Part shown: positions 38,701 through 51,600 of the stretch, piece by piece
How positions within the stretch are numbered: position 1 is the first letter of the stretch
Layout: every line of letters begins with the position of its first letter
NCBI GenBank assembly: GCA_028534125.1
Contig: CM052816.1
Coordinates: forward strand, 57,972,001 to 58,036,000
Length of the DNA stretch: 64,000 nt
Direction of reading: 5' to 3'
From: Lama glama
Taxonomy: Eukaryota
Notes under the pieces: model-generated
Databases searched by the model: none
Told to the model about the DNA's origin: nothing
The model's input: the letters and a program-made list of their open reading frames with translations, nothing else
Program-made: the position numbers and the translations under genes

Positions 38701-41700
38701 CTTTTAACACACTCAACCTACAGATGATCCCCAGAACTCAGGAGGTTCAATCTTAAGCCTTCCAAAGATCTGTGAGTAAGTAACTAATCCGAGGCTCAAT
38801 GCAATACCAGACATCAATGTGGAAATTCTAATTTCAATGGAAAAAAATGCAGTTATTTCCTATTTGGCATTGAGTAGACAAAACACTCATGAATTTGACT
38901 TCTGAAACACTTTCCATGCAGGTGTTTGGCATTGTGCAAACACAATTAAGTTTTGTCTTGTTTGGTCTGTCTGCAAGGTAAAGACAGATGGGAAAAGTCA
39001 AGGGCCAAGAATTCCCAAACTGGGAAATCAGCCTGAGTATCACAAAGCTGTGCATCTTCCCCTAAAATTAATAATCCTAGCAGATGGGACCGGCAGATTT
39101 TCTAAACTAAATTCTTTCACTGACATTTTAAAACCTCGATTAGAAGCCATTTTAAGCTAAACAGAGAACAGGACCAGTTCCCTTCCACATTTCAATGACG
39201 AGAAAATTTAGTAAAAATTCATGAATCATGGGATACAAAAACTGGAAGGGACTAAGAGATCATTTAGCTCATCCTTTCCCAAGTTGTGTTCTAGAAAAAT
39301 CTAGATCCCAGAGGGGGAGTAGTGGTGGAAGTGACAGGTCAAATAGGTTAAGGACATTTACAGTTATACAAAATTACATGAGTTTATTTACATGCAGTTA
39401 CATAATTTACGGCTTCTCAAAATATAAAATCTAGTATGCCACAGTTCCTCGACTTATTTCACCATAGAATTCTTTCCCACTGACTTTCTATTAATGTTTT
39501 ACAGAACTAATGGCTGGCAAAACAAAGCTTCAGATACCCTAGTCTAGTCTAATCTCTTTGCTTTGCAAGAAGAGGAACAGCCTCACAGTAATTTTTCAGG
39601 GGCTCTGTGGGTGACAGTAATTTCAGGTGCGACCCAGGCCACGGCACCAGGTCAGGCTTGGAGGGCTCTCTGGAGAGGGGAGGGTCCTGGGAAGCAGCTC
39701 ACAACAGAGGTCCCCTCCTTCTTCCCTGATACAGGAACAGCTGAATCAGCGCTCTTCAAAGTGTCCAGTCTAGCCTCAGGGCAGTAAACCAATTACATCA
39801 GATTTATTTCCATAAAACCTTTCACTTTAACAATCTCTCCCAAGTGTCTTCAGAGTCTGCCAATGGATAATTTTCCTGCACTCAAAGATGAAGACAATCT
39901 TGAAATCATGCCTTTACATTCAGTTCAGCCGTTCTGCTCTCATACGCTTTTTTTTTTTGGTGGGGGTGGGAGAGGGGGAGGGAAAGGAATCCTAAAAATA
40001 TCAATTCAGTCTTTTCATAATTAAACTAAAGGGCTTAACTTAAAATGTAGCTCCAAACTAGGAAATAATTAATTCAGTTTGGATCCAAAATTCTTGATCA
40101 CCAAGAGAATCCAGTGCATTGGATCTTTTGTATTTATTATGCCTCAACTTCTATAGAGAATATGCTTTTTGTGCATATTTTAATGCATGTATATTTTTTA
40201 AAAATAGCTTGAATGAAAAGAATTTATAGAAGGATTCTCCAGCAAAATTCTCATCTGACACTTATTATACACTGACTTGTTATGTTAGTTATCTTATTCC
40301 CACGCTTGATTGTAAACAACTCTCAGGGACAGGTTTACGGACACCTCTTACGGCGTGCAGAGCTAGGAACTGTGTCTTGCTGCAGGAGCTACAATATAAA
40401 TATTTAATGGCAGATTGGCTGATACTTCTAAAAAGATATACCATATAATGTGAAAAGATTATCTCCTTTCTGATGGACTAAAATATGATAAGGTACCCTC
40501 CCCTCCATCTCCCTCTCCCTCTCTCTCTCATGCACACAAACATGAAAAGGGGAGGAGTTCCACTGAGCAGTTTTCATAGCAGTTTTGCTGGTCTTTCACA
40601 CAGGTCCAAACTTCCAGATGAAAATTTAGACGGCAGAGAACTGCTCAAAATGGCTGAGGAGCTCTGTACCAAGAGAGTGCTGTCATCCTGAGATGCAGAG
40701 TTTACTCCATCTTTAGTTCTACTGCTATCAAGTTAACTTCCCCAAATGTGACATTTCCCCTGGCCGACATTTCAAGAACAAAAAAATCAACCTCTACATG
40801 GAGTAGGACCTTAGGGGCAAAGTACACCAAAACGCAGTTCTCTTTCAGGGGGATCAGCTGTCCCTGCCCCAGACTATCCATGTGAGATGCAGACAGAGAA
40901 TCTATGAATTTGGTCCAAAATGCTTCACTGTGCCTCCCTTACTCATAGTTTCCGATGAAAACCAGTTTTATTAAAAAAGAAAGGGCCAGCAAAGAGCAGG
41001 TTGAGAGGACTTTCCAAATCAAGGCAGTCCCCAGGATATTCCTATTTTATCTCAACCCTTTCGGCAATTAACTTCATAAGACAATTTTTAGAGGCCATTC
41101 AGTTTGTATCTTTAAAATAAGCAAAGCTGCAGCCACAGAAAGGAACCACATCCCAGAGAATGCCACCTACCCAAGGCTTTAGTGCTCCTTTTTAATTGAT
41201 TTTATTTTTCAATCCTATGTATGTAGACTTTTGTATTTTCTGAAAGCAGTCACCACATCAGTCCTGACTGTAGGCAAGTCTTTACCATGGATTGGAAAAG
41301 TCTATTAAAACAACATTATTTCTGTCTTGTGTTTATGTTAATTTCTCCAGTCTCCATGGTCCATTTTTAAGGGCACTTCCCCAGGGGCACTTCTTACTTT
41401 CTCACATGTCTCTAGGACCAAGGAAATTTGACTTCACAAGCGATAGAAATTACCCCTAGCCCGCAGCCAAGGAAACAAAAGGCGTAAGCCCTGGAGTATG
41501 ATGTTTGGAGATACTTGATCGTTGCCTGGGTAGCGTTTAATTAGTCTTGGGTTGTGGCTGGGGTGGGGGTGCTGGTACCTGGGTAACCTTTGTCACTGTG
41601 ACTAAACCCGTGGTTGAACAATCAAAATGCAATGCTTGTTACGATCACCATTCTCACCCCTTGTCTTCTTTACAAATTTGACTAAATCTGCCCCTGTCCC

Positions 41701-41898
41701 CTTCATATGTGTCTGTCTCTCATACACACAGTTTTTAAATTAAGGAAACACTCTTTGCTAGTGTTTTTTAAAGCTGTGATTGAATGATTTATTTTCCCAA
41801 CTAAATTATAAGCAGCGAGGATACCAAATTCTTCCACAGATCCCTTTACAATTCCTTGCTTATTAATAAACACTTAAAAATACTGACTTTTAAAAAAT

Positions 41899-42008
41899 TG
41901 AGGGGGTAATTAGGTGTTTTTTTTTTAATAGAGATACTGGGGATTGAACCCAGGACCCCATGCATGCTAAACATGTGCTTTACCACTGAACTATATACCC
42001 TCCCCTCC
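41899..42008 (-). mobile_element. tRNA-derived SINE (camelid-type)
   Basis: Minus strand GAGGGTATATAGTTCAGTGGTAAAGC...GGGTTCAATCCCCAG shows Pol III A and B boxes, then a tail AAACACCTAATTACCCCC. Flanking direct repeat actgactttt at 41882 and 42012. Confidence 0.85.
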
Positions 42009-44269
42009 TTAACTGACTTTTTTTTTAAGAAATCTATTAGCTTCTGCTTTAGTCTTCATCTTTCACCATCATTTCCAGCATGTTTTGATAGATGCTGAAC
42101 AAAATACCCTACAGAGAAAACCCAAAAGCAGGCAGTAAAAAGCGAAGGGCCTGTACCAGCTAGCTGGTGCTTGAGGCATGCTTTAAAAACAAACAAATAA
42201 ACATACATCCACCACAACAACGAATCTAGCAAACACCCTGGGCTCTCTCTGGTCTCTGGAAATGAAGACAAAAGCACTGCCATTCAGCGTAAGATGCTGT
42301 CCTGGGTGGGTGACATTAGCAGCTGTTCTGAGATGCACTTAGCTGGATTTAATGGCGGGGTTATGACATTGCCCCGAATGAACACTGGGCCCAGGCAGCC
42401 AATTTACTGCTACCTTCCCTTCCTGCCTATGCCCGCCTGTATTGAGTGGTTCCACAGTGCCCATTAGGAACCGCTTGAGAGCCATTACAGCTGGCAGAGG
42501 AAAACATCCTTTTTATTCTAAAAAAAAGTAAGATGAATAGGTATTTCTAGGGTGGTCTGAATGAGCCGTCATTAACAACCCTGGGGAATGAAGGCGCCTG
42601 CACATGGCAATGAAACTCCATTTTATTCCTCTCCAATGGCCACACCTACCCCAGGAAAAAAAAAATCACAAGAGCTCTAAGAACCTATGGATATAAAGAA
42701 TCACCAAATTTCAAAGTTGAGCACATTATAAACCTCACAGGAAATACGCCTTGTACTGCATACACTACAGAATTCTGGTATTTCTCCTTGGAAAGTTTGG
42801 ACCTCTCACTGTTTCAAAGGAATCCGAGTGCGGACAACCAAGCAGTCTGCTGCAGCCGGTGAAAGGGAGCACTGGGGTGGGAGCAGGAGGGGCCCCAAAG
42901 GCTGAGGGCAGGGGGCAAGTGGAGAAAGGCAGGTGATTTGCATTAAAATGGACGTCCCCTTCCCAGGGAGGCGGCAGTGATCTCAATGGATGCTAAATAG
43001 GGGTCTGGTTACTTCAACAAAAAATAAGGCTCTTTATTTGCCATTTTCTTCTAATACGAGGATTCCTCCCCTAACCTCAGACGATGATGCAATGAGAAAA
43101 GATGAACCCGGTCGGCATGTGGACAAGGGTCTGTACCTGTGCATGTGCACATGAGAGAAAACATGAGGAAAAAGTGACTGCTTTCCCTCAGAAATCACAG
43201 GTTCCCTGAGGATTAAGTCAGCCTCTCCAATGCAAGGGAACATATATTTGAGCGCTTTATTGTTTAAAGGTTGAGAGCAGGGCTGAAAACATTCATTACT
43301 CGCTGTCATAGACCAGCTGATGCATTCTAGGCACATACAATTAAGCTATAATTCTGTACAACGACAGACTAAACATACAAGTCTAGACAGAGAAAGAAGA
43401 CGACTACAAACATTCTTAGACCTTTTCTAAGAGCATTTTAGTATTTTCTTATCATTCTACTGGCAAATGTTGTAAATCCTTGCCTCATTAATGTCAAAGG
43501 GAGGAGAGGATTCACATGACTTAAATTCAAAGGGCTTGATTTTAATTCGCCATCAAAAACCAATCCCAAGGCCAGATATTTTTAGCAGTCACTCCACACA
43601 AATCTGTGGTTTATTTATCTTCTAAAGAAAAGGCATACATTCCTAACAGAACCACCCATATACACATTACAAAATCAATCACATTGTACGAAGGTTTTTG
43701 GAAATGTGATCTCAGAGTTATAACACTAGTGACAAAATGTAAATATGCCATGGTCTTACTATTTATTCAGTTGACTAAGAAAATAAATCATAAGAAATCT
43801 GTTTCTTAAAACTGGCAAAGTCGACAGTCACTTGTTTGGAGAGAATAAAAGAGAACCAAGGGACAGGAGGGAGTGGAAGACTATCCACGGACAGACTATC
43901 ACAGCAAGAAAGCAGGCTAGCACACTTGCCCGCAGTACCAGCATCCCCCCAGAGGCAGCAACAGGACCATTCTGCAAACGGTCTTCAACCTGCCCTAAAG
44001 TCCTGCTATCCCAGCACCTTAAGGCATCACCTGTTTTGCTCTCACAGCCAAAGGATCTTCCTAAAAGCTCAGTCATAATGTTGCTGCCCCCTACACATAA
44101 CCAGCAACTACGTGCCTTCTGATGATGCTGAAGGCAACTGTTTCTCTGAGAAATAGCTTAAAAACAAATTATTTCAAAAAGGAAGCCAGCCAATATCTAA
44201 AGCCACCATTTCCCATAAATAATAATCATCACCAAATATACAAGTCTGATAGATTTTCAACAAGAGAGA

Positions 44270-44500
44270 GAATTTTAATGCTACCGTACGTTTATTTTTA
44301 CCATGTGACAAGCACTGTTTCAAGATCTTTACGTGAATTAATTCATTTGATCCTCATGAAATCTCTATGAGGTGGAATTATCATCCCTGTCTTACAAACA
44401 ACAAAACAGAAGCATCAAATTGTTAAGCAATTTTTCCAAGATCCTACAGCAAATAATTGTTAGAAGGATCCAGAATCTGTACTCTTAATCATTATACCAC
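44270..44500 (-). mobile_element. MIR SINE
   Basis: attaattcatttgatcctcatgaaatctctatgaggtgg...ttatcatccctgtcttaca...gttaagcaatttttccaagatcctacagc. Confidence 0.75.
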
Positions 44501-45620
44501 ATGGCTGGTGAGGATTTGAGTTAACAAAAATGTTTAATTACTTTAACTAACAGAAGTGGAAAAATGATGGAAAAAAGAAGATTGAAATTAGTTTTCATTC
44601 TGGTGTCCCTTGTCCTGGGAACAGTTTGTATTTGTTTGTTGTTCTGAAATGATGTCTGTCTAACACAGACAATCATGGGCCACTTTCTATAATCCCTGGT
44701 GATACCCATCTCTACTGTTATAGGTAGATAGATCTCAAGTTATGTTAGGGAAAGAAACAAACAGGAACAGAGTGAAATAAATTCCATTCAGCACAGTAAA
44801 TATAGTACCACTCCTGTGGTAAGATTCATTAAAATAATTCTCATCCAACAAACATACTGTAATATATAAACAAAAAATGTATGATAGTATTTGAATTCGT
44901 AAGTATCAGGAAACAAAAGACTATTGCTCTATTTTGAAAAGATTCCATTTTTGATCTTTCACTTGAGCAAAAGGCTGGGAAGTGTTCATGAAAGAATACC
45001 TAATATTTTCTTTCAGGATAACTGGTCTCACTTGAGCCCAACTTAGATGCAGCCAGGAGTGGTGTTACATCAAAGCTAATCAGCAGAGACCTGCCCTGGG
45101 CACACAGCAAATGTCTGCTGAAGGGTCTTTAGGAAGTCCATCTTGTACCAGGTTTGAGAGAGTAAGATGGCCCTACATGACCGACTATTCCAAGAATCGA
45201 AAAGTATGCCAGAGTTGGGCGAGACCTGGCAATCCCAGAACTCAATTCTGAGGAACTGGGGGACCTACCACCTCGCTATTCAGAGTATATGACCCTCACT
45301 TTCTGCAGAGAAAGCATTATATTCCAGCTTCCTGCTCAAAGGATATTTGTTCAAGATGACTAAGCCATTCAGAGTGGTCTCAAATGAGACCTACAATCCT
45401 GAAGAAACAGGCCAACGGAATCTCAAAACCATATTTAAAAACTAGTGCAAGGGACAAACTAGCACAAGGGAACAAATCTGGTTGTGCTGCACAATCTATT
45501 AGCTGCATCTGAGGCTATCCCCAGTCTTTTATAAGGGATGTCCAATTCTTAAAAACAGAAAAAGAGGTATAATAACATTAAGGTAGAACAGACGTAAGAG
45601 CAATCCTAGCTCCTAATCTA

Positions 45621-45958
45621 CAGTTGGCCCTCCATATCTGTGGGTTGCACGTTTGCAGATTCAACCAACTGAGGGTCGAAAATACTATTTTAAAAATTCC
45701 AGAAAGTTCCAAAAAGCAAAATTTGAATTAGTCACATGCTGGCAACTATTTACATAGCTTTCAGGTATTATACATTGCATTAAGTATTAGAAGTAATTTA
45801 GAGATGATTTAAAGTAATGAGAGGATATGTGTAAGGTGATATGCGAATACTATGCCATTTCCTATGTATGCCATTTCATATAAGGGACTTGAGCATTTGT
45901 TGAATTTGGTATCTGTGGGGGTCCTGGAACCACCTCTGCAGATACCAGGTGCCAACTA
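45621..45958. mobile_element. MER2-like TcMar-Tigger non-autonomous DNA transposon, near full length
   Basis: TA|cagttggccctccatatctgtgggtt...gattcaaccaac start and degenerate inverted end ...gcagataccaggtgccaacta. About 340 nt long. Confidence 0.85.
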
Positions 45959-47994
45959 CACTTCTGTTAGGGAGGACAAAGAGTATTTTATACCTCTGCT
46001 ACCTAAAACAAACCAAACACTAGACCTATACAGGGAGCTAGAGTTGATGCTAGCCCATATGTGACTGCTAAATGCCTGCTCTTCTTCACCCAGGAAGACA
46101 AGAGTAAACAAAGCAGTGACTGTGTTTTTTGTTCATCACTGTGTGTTCACCCTCCCCCACCCCAGAGTGCTTGGCACACTGTAGGTGCTATTTAGGTATT
46201 TTTTAACAGACTGAAGGAACAGCTCTATTTTTTTTTTTTTTAAAGAGACTCTAACCTTCGTCCTGTTCCTTGCCTGTAAGTGAACTTAGACTCTTGAAAC
46301 AACATGTAGAGGTTTAGCTGAGCGCATTTTAGGAGCCTGAGTCTCTACAGAATTCCAGTGAGTGTGGAAGAGACCACTAGACTTGGACCCATATGAAAAC
46401 AGATATCAAATTTTCCCCTAAAACCCTTCAGTATGCTCAGGAAAAGCTAAAGGCTTCCTTGGGTACAATCCAGAGATCATCCTATGATCTCTACTCACCC
46501 CAATTTTGTATCCTTATCCTCTAAAAAACATCTCTTCTCTCTAAAACACACTTACTTACCTGAAACTGAGTCTGAAGTGTGCTTTTATCATCTACTGTAG
46601 TCTTGCTTAGAAACCTTCACCCCACTCTGAGTGCTCCCCACACAGGGGCCTCACTCCCATGGCTGCATTCCAGATGCCCGGTTCTCCACGGGGAGGCTCA
46701 GCCCCGTACAGTGTACTTTTAAGCTTAGAGGGGAAGCACGTAACATCTTCCTGGAGCTGGCAAGAATGGGAGGATGTTGCGTGTCCAGAGGCCACTCTCT
46801 GAACAGAGCCTAGCATAGTGCTAATACCACTAGGTAGGCATCCAAACCTTCCTGTAGGTGACGGCAGGAAAAGGAGGGAGAATGAGGTATCTTAGGCTAA
46901 AGCAGAGGTCTGGGGGGACCTGACCTTCTGAGTCCACAAGAGTAATACTAGGTCTTTGTTTCAATATAGTTAGTTCTTTACCAATTCTTACAGCCTTTCA
47001 TTTTGCCATACAGCAGCCGTCACGCTATAAAGTCAATCCAAGTATGAATGAACACAATGAGAATCAAAGGATTCACTTACCAAAAATAAGTAAATAAACA
47101 GAATCACAGAACAACCTTACAGAAAAAGAATAAAAGCTTGAATTTTACTTTCTGAAACATACTCGTTGGAAGAGGATACATCCCTTATTTTTCTTTCTGT
47201 GAGTTACTAAAGCATGAGAGACATAAAAATGTAACACAACGAGAGAAACAACCATGTACTGTACCTTTCCTTCAGCAAATCATGTGCTGTCTGATAGTCT
47301 CTGGATCATTCTCTCTTATTTTCAATGCAAAGTTACTTAAAAGCTGATTTTCACATGGCTTTGCAGCATGTTTACCTTTTCATGAACCAGTTCTTTCTAA
47401 GTTTTTAACACATTTACTCAATTCCATGCTTGAAAGCTAAAATTGATTTGATAACTAAAATGTATGAGATTTGATTCTAATAATATCAAACTCCAGTCCC
47501 ATGGGCATATTGCTGTAGCCAAGTGTGACGCATGAAGGCTGACATTCTGTAAGTGGTTTCAAATCTCAGTATGTACAAGGCTAATGGAATATGATGTAAT
47601 CGGTCAGAAGGGCTGAATCTCATTTCTGATTTTGTATCGATGCCAAAAGATTTGCAATCAGACAACAAATTCATGTAGACAGAAAAGAGTATTCTCTATT
47701 TTATATAAAATTTAGGTGCTATTCAAGAAATAAAATGCAATGCGATGTCTATGACAGATCAACGGCAAACCTTTTGAGAAACACATCCCAGGTTTAGCAT
47801 CTTTATGGGCCACTAACTCTGCTCATGATCCTCAAATGTAACCAAGGGGGAGAAGTATGGGTCATAGCTCACACAGGACAGGGTGAGTGACTCTGACTAC
47901 ATCCCTAGGTCTAGAGGAATGGGCCAGAATACATCCCCAGGGAGGTGGCTGGTTAGCGATGGCATCTTCACATGACCAAGTTTTGTGTCCTTAC

Positions 47995-48024
47995 CTTTAA
48001 TTATTCTGTAGTATTCTTTTGCAT
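47995..48024 (-). CDS. Candidate alternative 30-nt microexon of MAP1B (adds DAKEYYRIIK)
   Basis: cctttctttcacag|ATGCAAAAGAATACTACAGAATAATTAAAG|gtaagg. Length is a multiple of 3, it is phase-1 compatible and has no stop in the MAP1B frame. No transcript evidence is available here. Confidence 0.45.
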
Positions 48025-48553
48025 CTGTGAAAGAAAGGCTATTTGAACGACAGTTGGGAATTTCAGACTCTCTTACCCATACTAAGGGAAGTGGGTGATA
48101 ATGCAATGATGAAATGATGATGCATGTTTCACTGAGACGGAAAAATGCAGAAATGCAGATGCTCCATTTTCTTGGGAGGGAGCAGGGTTGTGGGATTGTG
48201 GGGGCATCCAATTTGTAGTCATAACTTCATTTGAGTAAAATTAACATTTAAATAGTTTGCAATCCCTTAGGCTCAGAGAACAGTGAGATAACATACAAAA
48301 ATTTAAAAATTTACACCAGAATTTAAAAACTTCTAAGACTCCACAAAATAGAAACCCACACAGTAACAATTTAAGAGCTGGATGACTTTCTTAAAATGTG
48401 ACTTCTTGCCAACCTGGTTGATGATAACAAACATAAATACTTTAGCAATAAGAGGAAGCCTTTTCGATGCCCCAGGCAAAACTTTCTGGCAAACAGCCTG
48501 CTTCCCCATCCTTACAAATTCTAGGTTGACTAATACTGCACCAAAAGCCTCAC

Positions 48554-48655
48554 CTGGAACTTCAGGAGAGAATCTTGCAGAGTGTCGAGATACAAAAAGT
48601 TTCAGTTCTTGATCCAAGTTGCATTCAATCAGGTTTGTGTCCCATGATCGGATTC
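48554..48655 (-). CDS. MAP1B: MAP1B coding exon 2 (102 nt, phase 1-1)
   Basis: Acceptor cttcctttcctttcttag|GAATCC and donor CCAG|gtgagg. In frame with exon 1 it reads (G)IRSWDTNLIECNLDQELKLFVSRHSARFSPEVP(G), continuing MAP1B. Confidence 0.97.
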
Positions 48656-51600
48656 CTAAGAAAGGAAAGGAAGACAGACGACAGGCTTCCAGTTAGTCAT
48701 TTCAAAGTGGTTTGGCAAGCATCACTGTAGCATTTCTCAGGCTTTAAGGAAGGATGTGGAAACTCCTTTTCTGAAGAGCTCGGTGACTAGCCATGGATAC
48801 CCACAAAATGGGAGGGCCGGGGAGGTCTCTCCAACGGGCCACAAAGGACAGAAAACTAGCAGTGTGGACTGAACTCCTGCCCCTCATAAAATGTAAGTGC
48901 AGCTCTTCTGGAGAGTGAAAGAAAACAGTTATTAGGAAAATGACAGGCTTTACTCTAGGGAGGGCGCAGAAAGGACAGGAAGATGGTGAGCCCTGCAGCA
49001 GTTAAGGGACCACCAGGCAATCACTAGTTTTCCCCAGGTCCACTTGCAGGTGGCTGCAAAATGTAGAATGAAGGTGGGGCTGGCATTCAAGTCTAGGCCA
49101 CCGTTTTTTAAGTGATTTTTTATATGGACACATGCATTTTGTGTGTTTATCTGGTTACCTGTCTTTACCCCTCCCATTTTTTACCTTGATTTCTCAACCC
49201 CTGGATAGCCATCAAAATTCATGTGATCTGTGCTAAGAAGTCAGGATCTCAGTCTTAAATACATGGCTTGTCTGCCACACCCCCAGGCATTTCTTTTACC
49301 TGACTACCTCGGCAGACAGCTTTCACTCACAATTGTTCATTGTACTGAATTTTCTTAATCCAGAGGCAAGGAAATGTGGCAACTTTTTATACTTTGTAAA
49401 CTTCTACAGAGTTGGAGGCTGTGATCTATTCCCACAAAACTTCAGGCTTCCGCTGACAAGGCTGGAAGCTGGGGTGAGGGGAACACAATGGTTAGGGGTG
49501 CTGATGCCTCCCTAGTCCATTCCTCCTCTCTCCGGCCCTTCCAAAGGAGATGGCTAGAGAGGAACCCAGAGGACAGAAGAGAAGGGAGACCTGGGGAACA
49601 AGCCGGGCAAAATTGGGGAAACACAGAACTCTGGACTGTATGTTTTTTATGTATTTTTCATCTTCCCAAATAGATAGAAGAGCCATTATACAGAGCCAAC
49701 CTTGACTGCACCCCTGCATGGGGCATCCTTAGTTGCCAGGACAAACCTCCAGAGCAACAATCATTTATTGCGTATCTACTAAGGGGCAGGGACTTGAACA
49801 TTTAGGTGTTGCCGCAGCAGGTGAACTATCTTTAAATAAACACTTGGTCATTTAATCATTTTTGCTGGTTGTTAGTCGTGCATACAGACTTGGGAGTATA
49901 AATGGCAGCATGTTATTTAAACACATCTCTTAAATCTTTAAAAGTATATCTGCATCTACCTCCATTTATATCTTGTTCAGTTTTCCTATCTTGCAAAGAA
50001 TCAAGGTAGATACACACATACAAAACAAACAGAAGTTGACTTCTGAAACAGAGTTGACTATACATTTAAAATACCTTCAGATTATACACCAAACAACTTT
50101 TCAACAATGACAAATATCTTCAAATAGATGGATGTCCATTAAATAGAGGTAGAAGTTTCTCACGCAAGCCATGGGAATAATTCAGGTGTGCAAGAGTTAA
50201 CATTCCTAAAGAGAGGCTAAATTATTATAAGGGGAAATTTTACATGTCTCCCTGGAAACATTAACAGCCTCAGTTTGCATTTGTGCTAATGGAGTATTTA
50301 AATTTAACAAGAAAGGCATGTTGAGATTTTGCGGACCTTTTTAGTGCAGAAATGACAAATGGGATCTTTTTTGTTTCACAGAAAGCTTGACAGGTCGAGA
50401 GGTCTGAATTCATTAGAATATTTTACTTCCCTGTATATACACTATATACTGTTCTAGTGTGAAAAATCATCAAGCTTCTGTCTGAGCCGCTTAATTGGAA
50501 ATTGTTGACTGGAGTCTCTGTGCTCCAGGTCTGAGCTCCACTTTGTCTTCTGGCTTGTCAAGTTGGGTCAATAAGTTAATAATGAGACATATGTATTTAA
50601 ATTAAATTCATACAATTTTTCTGCCTTTGTGCTAAGTAACATACTATTTGAACGACTTCATTTCGGGTTATACATAGACTTGATCTTAGGTTGTTTGCCG
50701 GTTTTTTCCCTTGGCTTCAATTAACTTGTCATGACACCTGCAATTAAACATTTGCTTTTTATTTCAGAAACTCCTGGTTCCAGTAATTTGTAATGTAGCA
50801 ATGGAAAAAGTACGAACTAGTAGAAAAACGATTCAGTAATTTTGAAGTTACATTAGCCAACAGCTGATAAAAATAATATTGCTCATTTTTATACTCCCAA
50901 TGAAATTAAAAAGTTAAGAGTTGCCTTTTCAAGGGAGCACTTTCCAGCCAAATTACATCTTAATGCACAATCACTAATGCCACTTATAAAATAAAGGTTA
51001 CAATGGCTTTACTGGTTATTTTAGTTGGAAAGGAAAATTTTGGAACCAAGCCACTTTCTATACCAATTTTAGAAAGAAAATACTGTATAATTGCTTTGTA
51101 CCTTCTACTGGATGATGGTAGTGAAGGGAAATAGTATTTCTCAGTGAAGGTTCATATGGCATTTAGTTGGTTTATATATCTCCCTACTTTGTGCCTAAGA
51201 GGAAGCCAGCAGTAGGCCCTTTAACTGGAGGAGATCAAACTTCACTTTATAAACTAGGCCGAGACACCCTCTGCCCCTCCCCGTCCCCACCCCCACCCCT
51301 GGGTGTTGACCTATGGCTAGGCCTCCTGAGAACAGCTCCCTAATCTGGGGCTGTCTTCCAGCCCTCGAAGTGGGAAACATCACTGTAGCCTGACGACCAC
51401 CGGGTAGCAAAAGACCTTTCCATCTCAGTTCTCTGAATCCAGGGGTAGCAGTGCAGAAAAAGGCTAAAGTACACATCAAGTTTACAGATGGAAAAAGGAG
51501 AAAATAAAAGGTTGTGGTGTGTGTAGGGGGCGGTTATTACAGGACAAGTCAGGGTGAAAATGGAGGAAGAGCCAGGTCCCCTGACTTTACACAGGTTAGA

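Noticed and set aside
41930..42005. tRNA-like sequence with A and B boxes (also at 58960-59000)
   Set aside because: SINE heads with tails and flanking direct repeats, and no complete cloverleaf.
46550..46590. Minus-strand TTTCAG|GTAAGT, resembling a recursive splice site
   Set aside because: Poor pyrimidine tract with several upstream AGs, and it lies in probable L2-derived sequence. Such motifs are expected by chance in a long intron.
48333..48553. Extension of the 94-aa ORF beyond FSPEVPG
   Set aside because: Intronic read-through after the exon 2 donor.
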